From contig VMEM01000004.1 in assembly GCA_007375535.1 (NCBI GenBank), positions 22,545 through 86,544 on the forward strand: a DNA stretch of 64,000 nt. The letters are read 5' to 3'. The position numbers and the translations under genes were made by a program. The notes beneath the pieces are model-generated. The model ran no database searches, was not told where the DNA came from, and saw nothing but the letters and a program-made list of their open reading frames with translations. Positions 9,870 through 20,298 of the stretch are shown piece after piece; within the stretch, counting starts at the first letter, position 1; each line of letters opens with the position of its first letter. The stretch is from Parcubacteria group bacterium LiPW_41 (GTDB taxonomy: Bacteria; Patescibacteriota; Minisyncoccia; UBA6257; GWB1-50-10).

Positions 9870-12800
9870 ATGTCAAAGTTAACTTATAAAATCGCGACTG
9901 CTAGTATTGCGGTTATGACAATCGCATCACTTTCAGCACCAGCGTTTGCTCAAGTTTCAACTTCAGACCTTCAAGCTCAGATCGCAGCACTTCAGGCGCA
10001 GCTTACGCAGCTCCAGGGTGGTTCGTCAGCGAGCTCATATACTTTCACCAAAAACCTCACAGTTGGTGCAAAGGGAGAAGATGTGAAGCAGCTTCAGAGT
10101 ATTCTTATTGCTGGTGGCTATCTTAAAATAGCCGCTCCAACTTCATTCTTTGGTCCAGCGACCAAGGCAGCTGTCATCGCGTGGCAGAAAGCAGTTGGAA
10201 TTTCTCCTACCTCAGGATTTGTAGGAGCATTAAGCCGTGCAAAGCTTAATGGTAGTTCAGTTGTAACGCCAGGCGTTCCAGCAACGGACTCATATCTTAA
10301 AGTAGAGGTAGTGCCATCACTTGGTGGTACGATCCCATCAAGCTCTTTATATAACAAAGTCTTGAACCTCAAGCTTACCGCAGGAAAAGACGCAGTTGTT
10401 GTGACGGGTATCACCGCAACTCGTGGTGGATACATCGCAAACACTCGTATTAACGGCGTGAGCGCGTGGGACGAAGCAGGAAAGCGCTATGGAAACATTG
10501 TGACTTCTCTTACTTCAGACGGAAAAGTAACAGTGAACTTCGGTTCAGATCCAATGACTGTTCCAGCAGGAACAACAAAGAATCTTTCTGTTGCTATCAA
10601 CCTCGATTCAACAGCAACATCAGCCTCAGTAAACTTTGGTTTGATGTCAGCATCTGATATCAAGGTATCAGGAACCGCTCCAGTACAGGGAACCTTCCCA
10701 ATGATTGGCGGAACCTATTCAGTTGTCGACGGTTCAGCATCACTTGGTGACGTTCGCGTTTCAAATGACACCGTTAGCGGTATGTCAACTTCAAGCGCTC
10801 AGACATCATCTGTTGATGGAAACGTAGACATTGGTGATACACAACGTGAGGTGTTCAAACTCAAATTGACTCAGAACAACTCAAAAGAAGCAGTATATGT
10901 AAAGAACGTAACCCTTTATGTTGGTGGCAACATTGTTGAATCAACTGATATAAAGAACTGGAAATTGTATTCCCAGGAAGGAACCGTTCTCGCAACTGCA
11001 GAGCGTTCGATTGATCGTAACGTAACCTTCAATCTTGCGACTCCTTACATGATTGACAAGGGTCTTTCTCGAACTCTTCCAGTGAAGGCTGATATTGTTG
11101 ACGGTTCAGGCCGTTACTTCCAGGTATTTGTACAGAACGACTACGATCTCGTAGTAACCGGTGCAACAACTGGATCATCAGTTCTCTTAACTGACTCAAG
11201 TGGAGGAAGTCTTACTCAATCAGACACACAGGACAATACTTCTGGCTACTTCAAGATGAAGCAAGGCGGACTTACTGTCTCAAAGTCACCATCATCACCA
11301 AGCGGATCAATTGCTCCATCAGCAACTAACGTTGTTCTTGGTTCATTTGATGTAAAGTCTTCAGGCGAACAGCTTGAACTCCGCAAGATGGCGATTCGCG
11401 TCGTTCGCAGTGCAGCTGCTCCAGTTCTTACTGGTTCAATTACTGTGAAAGATGCAACCACCGGTGAAACCTATTATTCAGTATCAGCAGATACTACTGG
11501 TTTGCAGAGCACAACAACTCCATCAAGCTGGTCTTCATCTGATCAAATGACACTTTCGAGCTACATTCCGCTTTCAAGCAATCAAACTCGAACACTTCAG
11601 GTATTGGGTAGTGTTTCATCAGCGGCAACCTCTGGTACCTATAAAGTACACATTGGAGACTTCTATGCAAAGCGTTTCTCAACAAATGATTACCAGGATG
11701 TAGCAACGGGTGTCACATCGGCAAACCAGCTTTCCTTGCAAGACGTAACTCTTACAGTTACAAAGAATGCATCATTTGCGAATACCAATCGTGCAGCAGG
11801 TGCAACCAACGTAAAAGTTGCGGAGTTCAACCTCCAAGGATCTTCAGCCGATGATATTCAGGTGAATACGATTTCATTGAACATTACTACAAGCACAAAC
11901 TTCCAGAACGTAAAAGTTATGGATGGAACAACCCAACTCGGTAACACGGTTGGAACTCCAAGTGCAACTGGTAACAGCTTCACAGTAAACCTCGTTGTTG
12001 CAAAATCAGCAACAAAGTTGATCTCTGTGTATGCTGACATCGTTTCAAGTGCAACTGGTAACTCAGTTGTTTCGATTGCGGCATCTGGCGTAAGTGGATA
12101 CGGAAAGGATTCTGGAAAGGCATTAAGCTCAACTCCAGTATCTGCAACCCCAGGTCAGACTATTGCAATTGGTACACCTTCAGTAACCATCGCATCAAGC
12201 GATAACTCAGCTCTTACTTCGAAAGTTTTGATTGCTGGTACAACTGGCGTATCACTTGGTGATATCAAGTTCTCAGCAACAAACGAAGATCTCGTTTTGA
12301 GAAAAATCACTCTTAACCTCACTTCAGCTTCCACTTCATTGTGGTCACAGGATGCGGTTAATGGTAACTTCGTTTCAGTAAAACTTTATGATGGATCAAC
12401 CGAACTCGGTTCTTCATCAGTAGTAAGCGGTGTTGCGTTAATCACAATTCCAGAGGCAAAGTGGGTAACCTTGCCACAAGGAAGCGACAAGATCTTAACC
12501 GTAAAGGCAGATCTTAGCGCAAACACAGCAATCTCAAGCCAATCAGTATTCCGTGCAACTGTAACAAGTTCATCAACCACTAATCTTGAAATTAGCTCAG
12601 CATCACTCGGAATCATGGATACCGGCGTAACAATTTCAAGCGCTGCAACGAACTACTATAAAGTTCAAGCGGTTGCTCCAACAATTGCTGCTGGTTCTGG
12701 TTTCTCAGCAAACACCGTAGGTGCAGCTGACTCAGAAATCGGCCGTGTAACCGTAGGAAAGCAAGGAGATCGCAACGTAATCCTTACCGGACTCACATTG

Positions 12801-13226
12801 CGTGTTCAGATGACTGGTGCACATGCGTCTTCATCAATCACAACCTTTACTCTTAAAGATGGTGATTCTGGAGCAACTGTTGCAACAACATCTCAGACAC
12901 TCTCTGGTCCTTCAGGATCAACCTCGACTGTCTTTACCTTTGCTTCAACCACTATTACGACAACCAAGACATATAAGCTCTTTGCTGATACGTCAAACAT
13001 TCGTACTGGTGTAGCATCAACGGATCATCCAAACGTTTTGGTTGACTTCGTAATGCCAGCAACTGGATATAGCTCAAGCGATACAGCTGATCTCTGGACC
13101 GATGCAAACGTAACGTACGGCTATGACATCTACAATCCAACTCTTACCACATATTCTGGTTTGAAGAATATGAACAAGAATTCGGATAATGCAGATACCA
13201 TCCGTCTCGGAACGAACACCTACTAA
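9870..13226 (+). CDS. Large secreted S-layer-like surface protein with peptidoglycan-binding domain
   Basis: Signal peptide, LQAQIAALQAQL coil, FTKNLTVGAKGEDVKQLQ..FFGPATKAAVIAWQ PG-binding motif, S/T/G-rich beta repeats; codon usage looks biased, as in highly expressed genes. Confidence 0.8.
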   Translation: MSKLTYKIATASIAVMTIASLSAPAFAQVSTSDLQAQIAALQAQLTQLQGGSSASSYTFTKNLTVGAKGEDVKQLQSILIAGGYLKIAAPTSFFGPATKAAVIAWQKAVGISPTSGFVGALSRAKLNGSSVVTPGVPATDSYLKVEVVPSLGGTIPSSSLYNKVLNLKLTAGKDAVVVTGITATRGGYIANTRINGVSAWDEAGKRYGNIVTSLTSDGKVTVNFGSDPMTVPAGTTKNLSVAINLDSTATSASVNFGLMSASDIKVSGTAPVQGTFPMIGGTYSVVDGSASLGDVRVSNDTVSGMSTSSAQTSSVDGNVDIGDTQREVFKLKLTQNNSKEAVYVKNVTLYVGGNIVESTDIKNWKLYSQEGTVLATAERSIDRNVTFNLATPYMIDKGLSRTLPVKADIVDGSGRYFQVFVQNDYDLVVTGATTGSSVLLTDSSGGSLTQSDTQDNTSGYFKMKQGGLTVSKSPSSPSGSIAPSATNVVLGSFDVKSSGEQLELRKMAIRVVRSAAAPVLTGSITVKDATTGETYYSVSADTTGLQSTTTPSSWSSSDQMTLSSYIPLSSNQTRTLQVLGSVSSAATSGTYKVHIGDFYAKRFSTNDYQDVATGVTSANQLSLQDVTLTVTKNASFANTNRAAGATNVKVAEFNLQGSSADDIQVNTISLNITTSTNFQNVKVMDGTTQLGNTVGTPSATGNSFTVNLVVAKSATKLISVYADIVSSATGNSVVSIAASGVSGYGKDSGKALSSTPVSATPGQTIAIGTPSVTIASSDNSALTSKVLIAGTTGVSLGDIKFSATNEDLVLRKITLNLTSASTSLWSQDAVNGNFVSVKLYDGSTELGSSSVVSGVALITIPEAKWVTLPQGSDKILTVKADLSANTAISSQSVFRATVTSSSTTNLEISSASLGIMDTGVTISSAATNYYKVQAVAPTIAAGSGFSANTVGAADSEIGRVTVGKQGDRNVILTGLTLRVQMTGAHASSSITTFTLKDGDSGATVATTSQTLSGPSGSTSTVFTFASTTITTTKTYKLFADTSNIRTGVASTDHPNVLVDFVMPATGYSSSDTADLWTDANVTYGYDIYNPTLTTYSGLKNMNKNSDNADTIRLGTNTY

Positions 13227-13255
13227 TAGTCATTTCTGACTTTAGTAATGTGTTG

Positions 13256-13282
13256 CCCCGCCAGTCCATTGGACTGGCGGGG
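13256..13282. repeat. Hairpin (terminator/REP-like), near-identical to the one at 61707-61739
   Basis: CCCCGCCAGTCCA-T-TGGACTGGCGGGG. Confidence 0.7.
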
Positions 13283-13301
13283 TTTCGTTTATAATAGAGA
13301 T

Positions 13302-13556
13302 ATGTATTTTGTGTATATTCTAAAAAACATTAAAGATAGTATATACATTGGCTTTTCTTCAGATGTCTTTGCTCGTCTGAAGAAGCACAACTCAGGAGGA
13401 TCGAAATTCACGAGTGATGGTCGTCCGTGGGAACTCGTATATTATGAAGCATTCAAATCTGAATATGATGCTCGAGTGAGGGAAAAGACATTGAAGGAAT
13501 ATGGAAGTTCTTTGGGACAACTGAAGAAAAGAATTTCAAAATCTCTTGAAGTTTGA
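13302..13556 (+). CDS. Small GIY-YIG nuclease family protein
   Basis: YFVYIL..IYIGFS..RLKKHN..RPWELVYYE..AxxRE; TATAAT 6 nt upstream of the ATG. Confidence 0.88.
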   Translation: MYFVYILKNIKDSIYIGFSSDVFARLKKHNSGGSKFTSDGRPWELVYYEAFKSEYDARVREKTLKEYGSSLGQLKKRISKSLEV

Positions 13557-13595
13557 GCTTTGCACTTTTTCTCCAGTAAGTTAAACTTACTGGTA

Positions 13596-14897
13596 ATGGA
13601 TTATTTTAAAGCCTCGCGATTTTTTTTGTTTGCCGCAATCTTTGCGGTAGTTATCGTGACATCCTCAACATTGTTTCCATTTATCGTGGGAAAATATGTA
13701 TTTTTTCGTGCGTGTGTAGCGTTTGCTACAATATTTTTCTCCCTTGGGATTCTTTTTCAGGATCAAAAAGATGAAATGATAAAAAGGATGAAGGAGATAA
13801 TAAAGCATCCTTTAGCTATTGGTGTCGCTGCCTTTGTCGCCACATTTGTTCTTGCAGGATTTTTTGGAGTAAACCCGTCTGCCTCATTTTGGTCTAACTT
13901 TGAACGTGGTGAGGGAGGTTTTCAAATAATAAGTTTAGGAATATTCTTCTTTCTATCGACAATTCTTTTAAGAGACTGGAAGGCGTGGAAAAAGTTTTTT
14001 ATTCTTTTTATAACTGCTTCGGCTCTTGTAATGTTATATGGAGTGGGTGCCGGGCTTGATATGAATGGGTTTGTTGGAGAAAAGTTCTCTACAAATATGC
14101 GGTTTGCAGGAAGTTTGGGAAATCCCGCATATATTGGAACTTATATGCTGTTCGCTGCTGCATTTGCACTTATTTGTGCATTTCGCGCAGTGACAAAAGA
14201 AGAAAAAAGATGGTTTTTTGTGATCGCGGGACTCGCAGTGTTTTCTTCGTGGGCATCTCAAACGCGTGGTGCATTTTTGGGACTCGCGGCAGCGCTATTT
14301 GTTTCTCTTCTTTTTGTTGCATATAACAATCAGAAATATAAAAAATATATTTTGGGAGTGTTAGGATTTTTAGTAGTTGTCTCAGCACTTTTGATGACCC
14401 AACGAAACAATCCAACATTCCAAAAAATCCCAGGATTCCGAGTGTTCACTATTTCACTTCAAGAACAAACGGCACAGACTCGTTTGTGGACATGGAATGC
14501 GGCTCTAAAAGGGGTGAAAGATCGACCAGTGTTTGGGTGGGGCCCAGAGAATTTCAGTGTGGTGTTTGATAAATATTTTGATCATCGTCATTACAATCTA
14601 AAGACAGGGGGGGAAACATGGTTTGATAGAGCACACAGTTTGTATATTGACTCACTCGTTCAAACGGGGATTGTTGGATTTTTAGGGCTTCTCACAATGC
14701 TTGGTGCATTCTTTGTGGTGTGGAAAAAGTCGGTATTGTTAAAGGGAATTTCAATAGAGGAGCGAGGGGTGTTGTTGGGGTTGATGATAATGTATTGCGT
14801 GCAGGGATTTGTGTTGTTTGATATTCTTCCAACATACATTGCGTTGTTCTCATTTCTTGCATATATGGCGTCGCGAACACAAAAAGAATCAAAATAA
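13596..14897 (+). CDS. O-antigen ligase / O-oligosaccharyltransferase-like membrane protein
   Basis: Multiple TMs, GSLGNP, SQTRGA, RLWTW..GWGPENF, DRAHS, GIVG motifs. Confidence 0.85.
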   Translation: MDYFKASRFFLFAAIFAVVIVTSSTLFPFIVGKYVFFRACVAFATIFFSLGILFQDQKDEMIKRMKEIIKHPLAIGVAAFVATFVLAGFFGVNPSASFWSNFERGEGGFQIISLGIFFFLSTILLRDWKAWKKFFILFITASALVMLYGVGAGLDMNGFVGEKFSTNMRFAGSLGNPAYIGTYMLFAAAFALICAFRAVTKEEKRWFFVIAGLAVFSSWASQTRGAFLGLAAALFVSLLFVAYNNQKYKKYILGVLGFLVVVSALLMTQRNNPTFQKIPGFRVFTISLQEQTAQTRLWTWNAALKGVKDRPVFGWGPENFSVVFDKYFDHRHYNLKTGGETWFDRAHSLYIDSLVQTGIVGFLGLLTMLGAFFVVWKKSVLLKGISIEERGVLLGLMIMYCVQGFVLFDILPTYIALFSFLAYMASRTQKESK

Positions 14898-14898
14898 T

Positions 14899-15450
14899 AT
14901 GAAACAAATAATTACGTGGATAGTAATTTGTGTAAGCGTTCTCGGTTTTGTGTATGGGTCTATAAAGCCATATAAAAAGGCAGCAGCATATGTTACCGCA
15001 GTAAAAAGTGGCGCAACCTCGGTTGAGGGGTTCACTGATGCGTTTAAAGCAGCATTTGAGTATCCATCTCCAGTTGGACAAGATGAACTAATACGCTTTA
15101 TCTCAAGTGATATCATGAATGTGGTTGCTGAAGGAAAGAACGATGAGACAGTGGCGAATAAACTTACCGATTTCATCCATACTTATGCTGATCCAAAGAT
15201 TGAATCAAAGGTGGGTATGAATTACACACAATTAGTAATGATTTTGGGCACTATTCATACATACAAATGGAAACAATATCAAAAACCAGAAGATTTTGCA
15301 TTGGCAATGCAATATTTTATTCAGGGATATAATATAAATCCTGATCGTCCGCAGTTCTTGATTGGACTTGTGGATTTGTATGAAGCATCAGGGCAAAACG
15401 ACAAGGCAGACGCAGTAAAACAACACATTGCCGAACTTTGGGAGAGATAA
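14899..15450 (+). CDS. Membrane-anchored TPR-like helical protein
   Basis: N-terminal TM, C-terminal TPR-like pattern; ATG 1 nt after the ligase stop. Confidence 0.65.
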   Translation: MKQIITWIVICVSVLGFVYGSIKPYKKAAAYVTAVKSGATSVEGFTDAFKAAFEYPSPVGQDELIRFISSDIMNVVAEGKNDETVANKLTDFIHTYADPKIESKVGMNYTQLVMILGTIHTYKWKQYQKPEDFALAMQYFIQGYNINPDRPQFLIGLVDLYEASGQNDKADAVKQHIAELWER

Positions 15451-15459
15451 TAATGGACT

Positions 15460-16509
15460 ATGAAGCGAGTTTCGCTAATTATCCCAACATACAACGAAGC
15501 AGAAAATATAGAGACTCTCATTAAAGAAATTGATGGAGTAGTAAATAAATCATTTGTTGATTTTGAATATATTATTGTTGATGATAATTCACCCGATGGT
15601 ACTGGATCTATTGCAGAAAAATTAAAAGAAACTTATCCTGTGCGCGTTATTCACCGAAGTGGAAAGTTAGGTTTGGGTAGTGCTGTTATTGAGGGATTTA
15701 ATCTATCTACATATGAATATATTGGGGTAATGGATGGAGATCTGAGTCACGATCCAATAATTTTGAATGATATGGTAGGGGAGCTTGAAAATTGTGACAT
15801 AGTGATTGGGAGCAGGTTTAATAAGGACAGTCTTGTTGAAAATTGGAAGTGGTGGAGAAGAGTTGTCTCTGTTGTTGGGGTTTTTCTTGCAAAAATGATT
15901 TCTGGCGTTGGTGATCCTCTCAGTGGGTATTTTATGTTGAAGCGATCTGTAATTGATGAGGTGGAATTGGAGACAAAGGGATATAAAATTCTCTTTGAAA
16001 TTTTAGTAAAAGGAAAGTGGAGCACTATAAAGGAGCTTCCATTTACATTTCGTATGCGCAGACATAGTGTTTCAAAATTAAACATGAGCGAATATATTTT
16101 ATTCGCAAAGCAAATTGCATTGTATGCCATTTATAAATATCAGTCTTTTTTTAGATATTTTGTAATTGGTAGCACGGCATTTATTCTTGATATGGGTTCT
16201 TTGTATGTATTAAAAGAATATTTTGACATACACCCAGCATTTGCAGTTGCATTAAATCAGATATTTGTCCTCTCATATATATTTATATTAAACAAAATTT
16301 GGACATTCAGTTCTAAGGAAAAAACCAGACACTCCCTTATCCGATTTGTATCTCTTCAAATGTTCAATTATTCCTTTGGTATTCTTTGGATGTGGATTTT
16401 TTATGAACAAGTAGGAATTAATTATCTTATTGCGAGGATTGCGAACATTATTCTTTTTACTGCATGGAATTTTCTTCTTTATAAGAAGTGGGTCTTTAAA
16501 AAGAATTAG
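15460..16509 (+). CDS. Polyprenol-phosphate mannose synthase-like GT2 fused to a GtrA flippase domain
   Basis: IIPTYNEAEN, VDDNSPDGT, MDGDLSH, DPLSGYF; four C-terminal TMs of GtrA type. Confidence 0.88.
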   Translation: MKRVSLIIPTYNEAENIETLIKEIDGVVNKSFVDFEYIIVDDNSPDGTGSIAEKLKETYPVRVIHRSGKLGLGSAVIEGFNLSTYEYIGVMDGDLSHDPIILNDMVGELENCDIVIGSRFNKDSLVENWKWWRRVVSVVGVFLAKMISGVGDPLSGYFMLKRSVIDEVELETKGYKILFEILVKGKWSTIKELPFTFRMRRHSVSKLNMSEYILFAKQIALYAIYKYQSFFRYFVIGSTAFILDMGSLYVLKEYFDIHPAFAVALNQIFVLSYIFILNKIWTFSSKEKTRHSLIRFVSLQMFNYSFGILWMWIFYEQVGINYLIARIANIILFTAWNFLLYKKWVFKKN

Positions 16510-16565
16510 TTTTTCCCAACGTATTAAAGATTGAATCTCTTCTAGGGATTCGATTTTTTCCTATC

Positions 16566-16590
16566 CGTCATCCTCGCGAAAGCGGGGATC
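16566..16590. repeat. REP-like palindromic element
   Basis: CGTCATCCTCGCGAAAGCGGGGATC, resembling GTCAT-CCCGCG-NNN-GCGGG-ATC palindromes. Confidence 0.5.
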
Positions 16591-16659
16591 AAATCTTATT
16601 ATTTTTTTAAATTTGATTATTGGAGAATTAAATTAAAATTTGAAATTTGTAAATTAAAA

Positions 16660-18147
16660 TTATTTTCCCTTCTCCATCATGCATAAAATATCTGCACATT
16701 CTGGAGTTCCGAATCCCTCATTTATCTTCTGTTGTGCTTCTTGCTCTGATTGTTTTCCATGCGCGGGATGGAATGCTAAAAATATTTTTGTGTTTTCTCC
16801 ACACTGTGGAAGGATGGTAATATTTTTTTTCATGTACCACTGAATTATTCCTTCCACTCCAATTCCAGCCGGATTTGTGCCAAGACAAACCTCGTCATCC
16901 TTTATTTGTGGGCCGATTTGTTTTAGAAGTGAAATGTCATTTGGTCCTAAAATTAGGAATTTTTCATAAAAAAAGTTTAGATTTTTATAGGAAAGATAGC
17001 CTCCAAGTATAAGAATTACCACTACGATACCGATTCCAATATCTTTATATAAAGATATTAGTTTCTCAAATAATAATCCGCAGAAAATGGCGACAATGGG
17101 GAAGAATAGGATCATTCCAAACGGATGAGTGCTCCACTGGCGAAATATAAGCATGGTAAAAACGGGAAGAATAAGAATGGGAAGTACAAGCATCATATTC
17201 TTTTCCTGTTTTATTTTTTTATACCAAACCACTACTCCAAGAAGCGCAGAAATAAAGAATAACCATGTTACGTTGAGATTGGTAATCCACCATATTCGTG
17301 AAAACCAGGAATTAATTGGTTGCGAAGAAGTTCTTACAAAGAATGAGTTTTTAAAATCTTCCCAAAACTGAGCCCCATTTAATAAAAAGAACTGAAGCAT
17401 GGTGATTCCAAATGAAATGATGAGTGCAACGGGGATAAGTGAGAGAAAAAGATTTCGGTATTTTGTTGTTTTTCCTTGTTTTGTAAATAAGAATATCCAT
17501 ATTCCTATGGGGAGGAAGTAGAAGAACCAAGCAAATTGTGCCCCAATAAGTGTTGCAATGAAAAACGATATTAGATAGCGTTTCTGTTTTTTTTCATCTT
17601 TTTCAAAAAAGAAAAATATAAATAAGCTATATACAATCATTGCTGCGGGTATCGCAAACATGGTGAGCTCGAAACTTTTTCCGTAGTAGATTGCTCCAGG
17701 GAGTAGTGAAAAAATGAATAGAGAAAGCGCTGCCGTCCTTTCTCCAATAACTTTGCGTAGCGCAAAGAAAAAAGGAATGAGGGCAACAAGCAAAAATAGA
17801 AATAGTCCGAGACGCGTAGTGACCTCGGAGACTCCAAAAATCGAATAAAGGATTGCTGTTGGGATCAAGAAAAGTTGTGGGTGGTGGGTGTATGCGGTTC
17901 CTAAAAAAGTGGTTGTATCTCTAATAAATGGGTTAAAATATCCACCCCGAACCCCTAAAAATCCAACTGTATTTATGTTTTGTGATGCAACTCCATTAGT
18001 TCCAGCTATATCCTCGGTAACGTGAATAAATGGCGAATTTATCTGCCAAAGGGACACAAGAACGTAAAATATAAGAATCAATATTGGGAATAAAAGACCT
18101 CGTTTCTTTTCTTCTGTAGGTTTTTTAATCTTATTTTCTTTTTTCAT
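16660..18147 (-). CDS. ArnT/PMT-like (GT-C) integral membrane glycosyltransferase
   Basis: About 11 TMs, acidic pair ED after TM1, YTHHP, FGVSEVTTRL. Confidence 0.75.
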   Translation of the reverse strand: MKKENKIKKPTEEKKRGLLFPILILIFYVLVSLWQINSPFIHVTEDIAGTNGVASQNINTVGFLGVRGGYFNPFIRDTTTFLGTAYTHHPQLFLIPTAILYSIFGVSEVTTRLGLFLFLLVALIPFFFALRKVIGERTAALSLFIFSLLPGAIYYGKSFELTMFAIPAAMIVYSLFIFFFFEKDEKKQKRYLISFFIATLIGAQFAWFFYFLPIGIWIFLFTKQGKTTKYRNLFLSLIPVALIISFGITMLQFFLLNGAQFWEDFKNSFFVRTSSQPINSWFSRIWWITNLNVTWLFFISALLGVVVWYKKIKQEKNMMLVLPILILPVFTMLIFRQWSTHPFGMILFFPIVAIFCGLLFEKLISLYKDIGIGIVVVILILGGYLSYKNLNFFYEKFLILGPNDISLLKQIGPQIKDDEVCLGTNPAGIGVEGIIQWYMKKNITILPQCGENTKIFLAFHPAHGKQSEQEAQQKINEGFGTPECADILCMMEKGK

Positions 18148-18808
18148 GAAATAGTTCTTTTTTAAGACCTAAAAGGAACCATATGGTCATAAGTCCGTGT
18201 TTTAGTGGAAAAAGTTTTGAGTCCCCAGTTCTCGGAAAATAGGGGATGTGGTATTCCCCAAACTTTATATGTGGGGAGAGTGCTGCGCGTATTTTTATTT
18301 CTTGAGAAAGTGGCATGTCTCCACTTTTGAGTGGAAGATGTTTCAATGCATCTTTTTTAAAGACCCACATTCCTGACCACGAGTCTTGAAGTTTGATGCT
18401 AAATAAAAGATTGGTAAAGATTGTAAAAGCAATATTTCCAAGTCCTCGAATAAAAGGTTCTGATCCTTTGGAAAAAGGAATCCTGCTCGCAGAAAGGAAA
18501 TCTAGGTTGTTTTCAAAAAAATACTTAAGTAGTTTCGGAATTTCTTCGGGTGAATATTGTCCGTCTGCATCAAGGGTGACAATAACATCTCCATCTACCG
18601 ATTCAAATCCCTTTTGGTACGCATATCCGTATCCTTTTTTAAATTCCTTAACGACACGAGCTCCAAGTTTTTGTGCTACTTCGGCACTTTTGTCGGTTGA
18701 ATTGTTGTCTACGACAAGTATCTCGTTCACCTCCTTTGGCATTGACTGAATAACGCCTCCTATAGATTTTTCTTCATTATAACAAGGAATTACCGCGGTT
18801 ATTTTCAT
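18131..18808 (-). CDS. GT2 glycosyltransferase (DPM-synthase-like)
   Basis: VIPCYNEE, VVDNNSTD, LDADGQY, DSWSG. Confidence 0.88.
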   Translation of the reverse strand: MKITAVIPCYNEEKSIGGVIQSMPKEVNEILVVDNNSTDKSAEVAQKLGARVVKEFKKGYGYAYQKGFESVDGDVIVTLDADGQYSPEEIPKLLKYFFENNLDFLSASRIPFSKGSEPFIRGLGNIAFTIFTNLLFSIKLQDSWSGMWVFKKDALKHLPLKSGDMPLSQEIKIRAALSPHIKFGEYHIPYFPRTGDSKLFPLKHGLMTIWFLLGLKKELFHEKRK

Positions 18809-18917
18809 GAATATATTGTACCGTTGTCTTATCTATTGTGCTAGCCTAAAATGTTGTGGGTGTTTCTAAAATGGTTAATGTGTAGTATATTAGAAAATAA
18901 GATTTCCAAATAAAAAT

Positions 18918-19460
18918 ATGGAACCAAAATTTATTAAGACAAAATTTAAGGAGGCTTTTCTCATAGAGCCAAAGTCGTTTCCAGATACTCGTGGATACTT
19001 TACTGAATCGTATAATATAAACGATTTTAAAAAGAATGGAATCACAGATGTCTTTATTCAAGATAATTTTTCATTTTCCTTAAAAGGTGTCGTAAGAGGG
19101 ATGCATTTTCAAAAAAAACCACACGAAACAAGTAAACTCGTTCAATGTGTTTTGGGAGAAATTTATGATGTAATTATTGATATTCGTCCAGAATCTCCTA
19201 CATTTCGTCAGTGGGAAGGGTTTGTTTTATCAAAAGAGAATAAAAAAATATTGTATGTTCCAAAAGGATTTGCACACGGATTTTATGTAACAGGCGATCA
19301 TGCGGGAGTTTCATACAAAGTTGATGAAGTTTTTTATTCGGGATATGATGGTGCAATAAGGTGGAACGATCCAGATATTAATATTCAATGGCCGATAAAA
19401 GGCGAATTGATTATCTCTGAAAAAGATCAGAACGCTCCATTATTTAAAGATATTATTTAA
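18918..19460 (+). CDS. rmlC: dTDP-4-dehydrorhamnose 3,5-epimerase
   Basis: DTRGYF, QDN.S.S.KGVVRGMHFQ, YVPKGFAHGF. Confidence 0.92.
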   Translation: MEPKFIKTKFKEAFLIEPKSFPDTRGYFTESYNINDFKKNGITDVFIQDNFSFSLKGVVRGMHFQKKPHETSKLVQCVLGEIYDVIIDIRPESPTFRQWEGFVLSKENKKILYVPKGFAHGFYVTGDHAGVSYKVDEVFYSGYDGAIRWNDPDINIQWPIKGELIISEKDQNAPLFKDII

Positions 19461-19463
19461 GGT

Positions 19464-20294
19464 ATGAACGATTTATCTAAAGTATTGACTACTGGCGGAG
19501 ATGGTATGTTGGGGAGTTATGTTAATTTTGGCATAAAAACAAATAGGAGATCTTTAGATATCACCGATCTAAAAGAGGTTAGAAGTGTTTTTCAAAACCA
19601 TAAACCAGAAATTGTTTTACATTTTGCAGCGGAGACAGACGTTGATCGATGTGAGCGAGATCCCGAATATGCTTATTTTATAAATTCTATTGGAACCTAT
19701 AATATTGCCCTTGTTGCCGCTGAACTTGGTATAAAAGTTGTATATATATCCACTAATGCGGTTTTTGATGGTCTAAAAAATGGTCCATATTCTGAAACAG
19801 ACAAACCCCATCCAACAAATTTCTATGGGCACTCGAAACTTTTGGGTGAGTTTGCAATAAAAGAGCTCTTGGATAATTATCTTATTTTAAGGGTGTCATG
19901 GATGATGGGCGGGGGACCAAGTAAAGACCAGAAGTTCGTTTCAAAAATAATTAATCAATTAAAGAAAGATGGAACAAAAAAAATAAATGTTGTTAATGAT
20001 CAATTTGGGGCACTAACCTATGCAAAAGATCTTGTTGAGGCAATAAAAGTTTTAATTAATGAAGATAAAAGAGGTATTTTTCATCTCCCAAATTCTGGAT
20101 CAAGCTCTAGATACGATGTTGCAAAAGAGATTGTTAATATTCTAAACTTGAATATAGACGTAAACCCTGTGAATTCTTCTTTTTTTAATTTGGATGCAAG
20201 TAGAAATGGAAATGATCGCTTGGATTCCAGTTTGAATATTATGAGATCGTGGCAAGAGGCGCTCAGGGAATATTTAGAATCAGAATGGAAATAA
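19464..20294 (+). CDS. rmlD: dTDP-4-dehydrorhamnose reductase-like SDR
   Basis: TGGDGMLG, AAETDVDRCE, YGHSK, VNDQFG. Confidence 0.85.
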   Translation: MNDLSKVLTTGGDGMLGSYVNFGIKTNRRSLDITDLKEVRSVFQNHKPEIVLHFAAETDVDRCERDPEYAYFINSIGTYNIALVAAELGIKVVYISTNAVFDGLKNGPYSETDKPHPTNFYGHSKLLGEFAIKELLDNYLILRVSWMMGGGPSKDQKFVSKIINQLKKDGTKKINVVNDQFGALTYAKDLVEAIKVLINEDKRGIFHLPNSGSSSRYDVAKEIVNILNLNIDVNPVNSSFFNLDASRNGNDRLDSSLNIMRSWQEALREYLESEWK

Positions 20295-20298
20295 AAAA

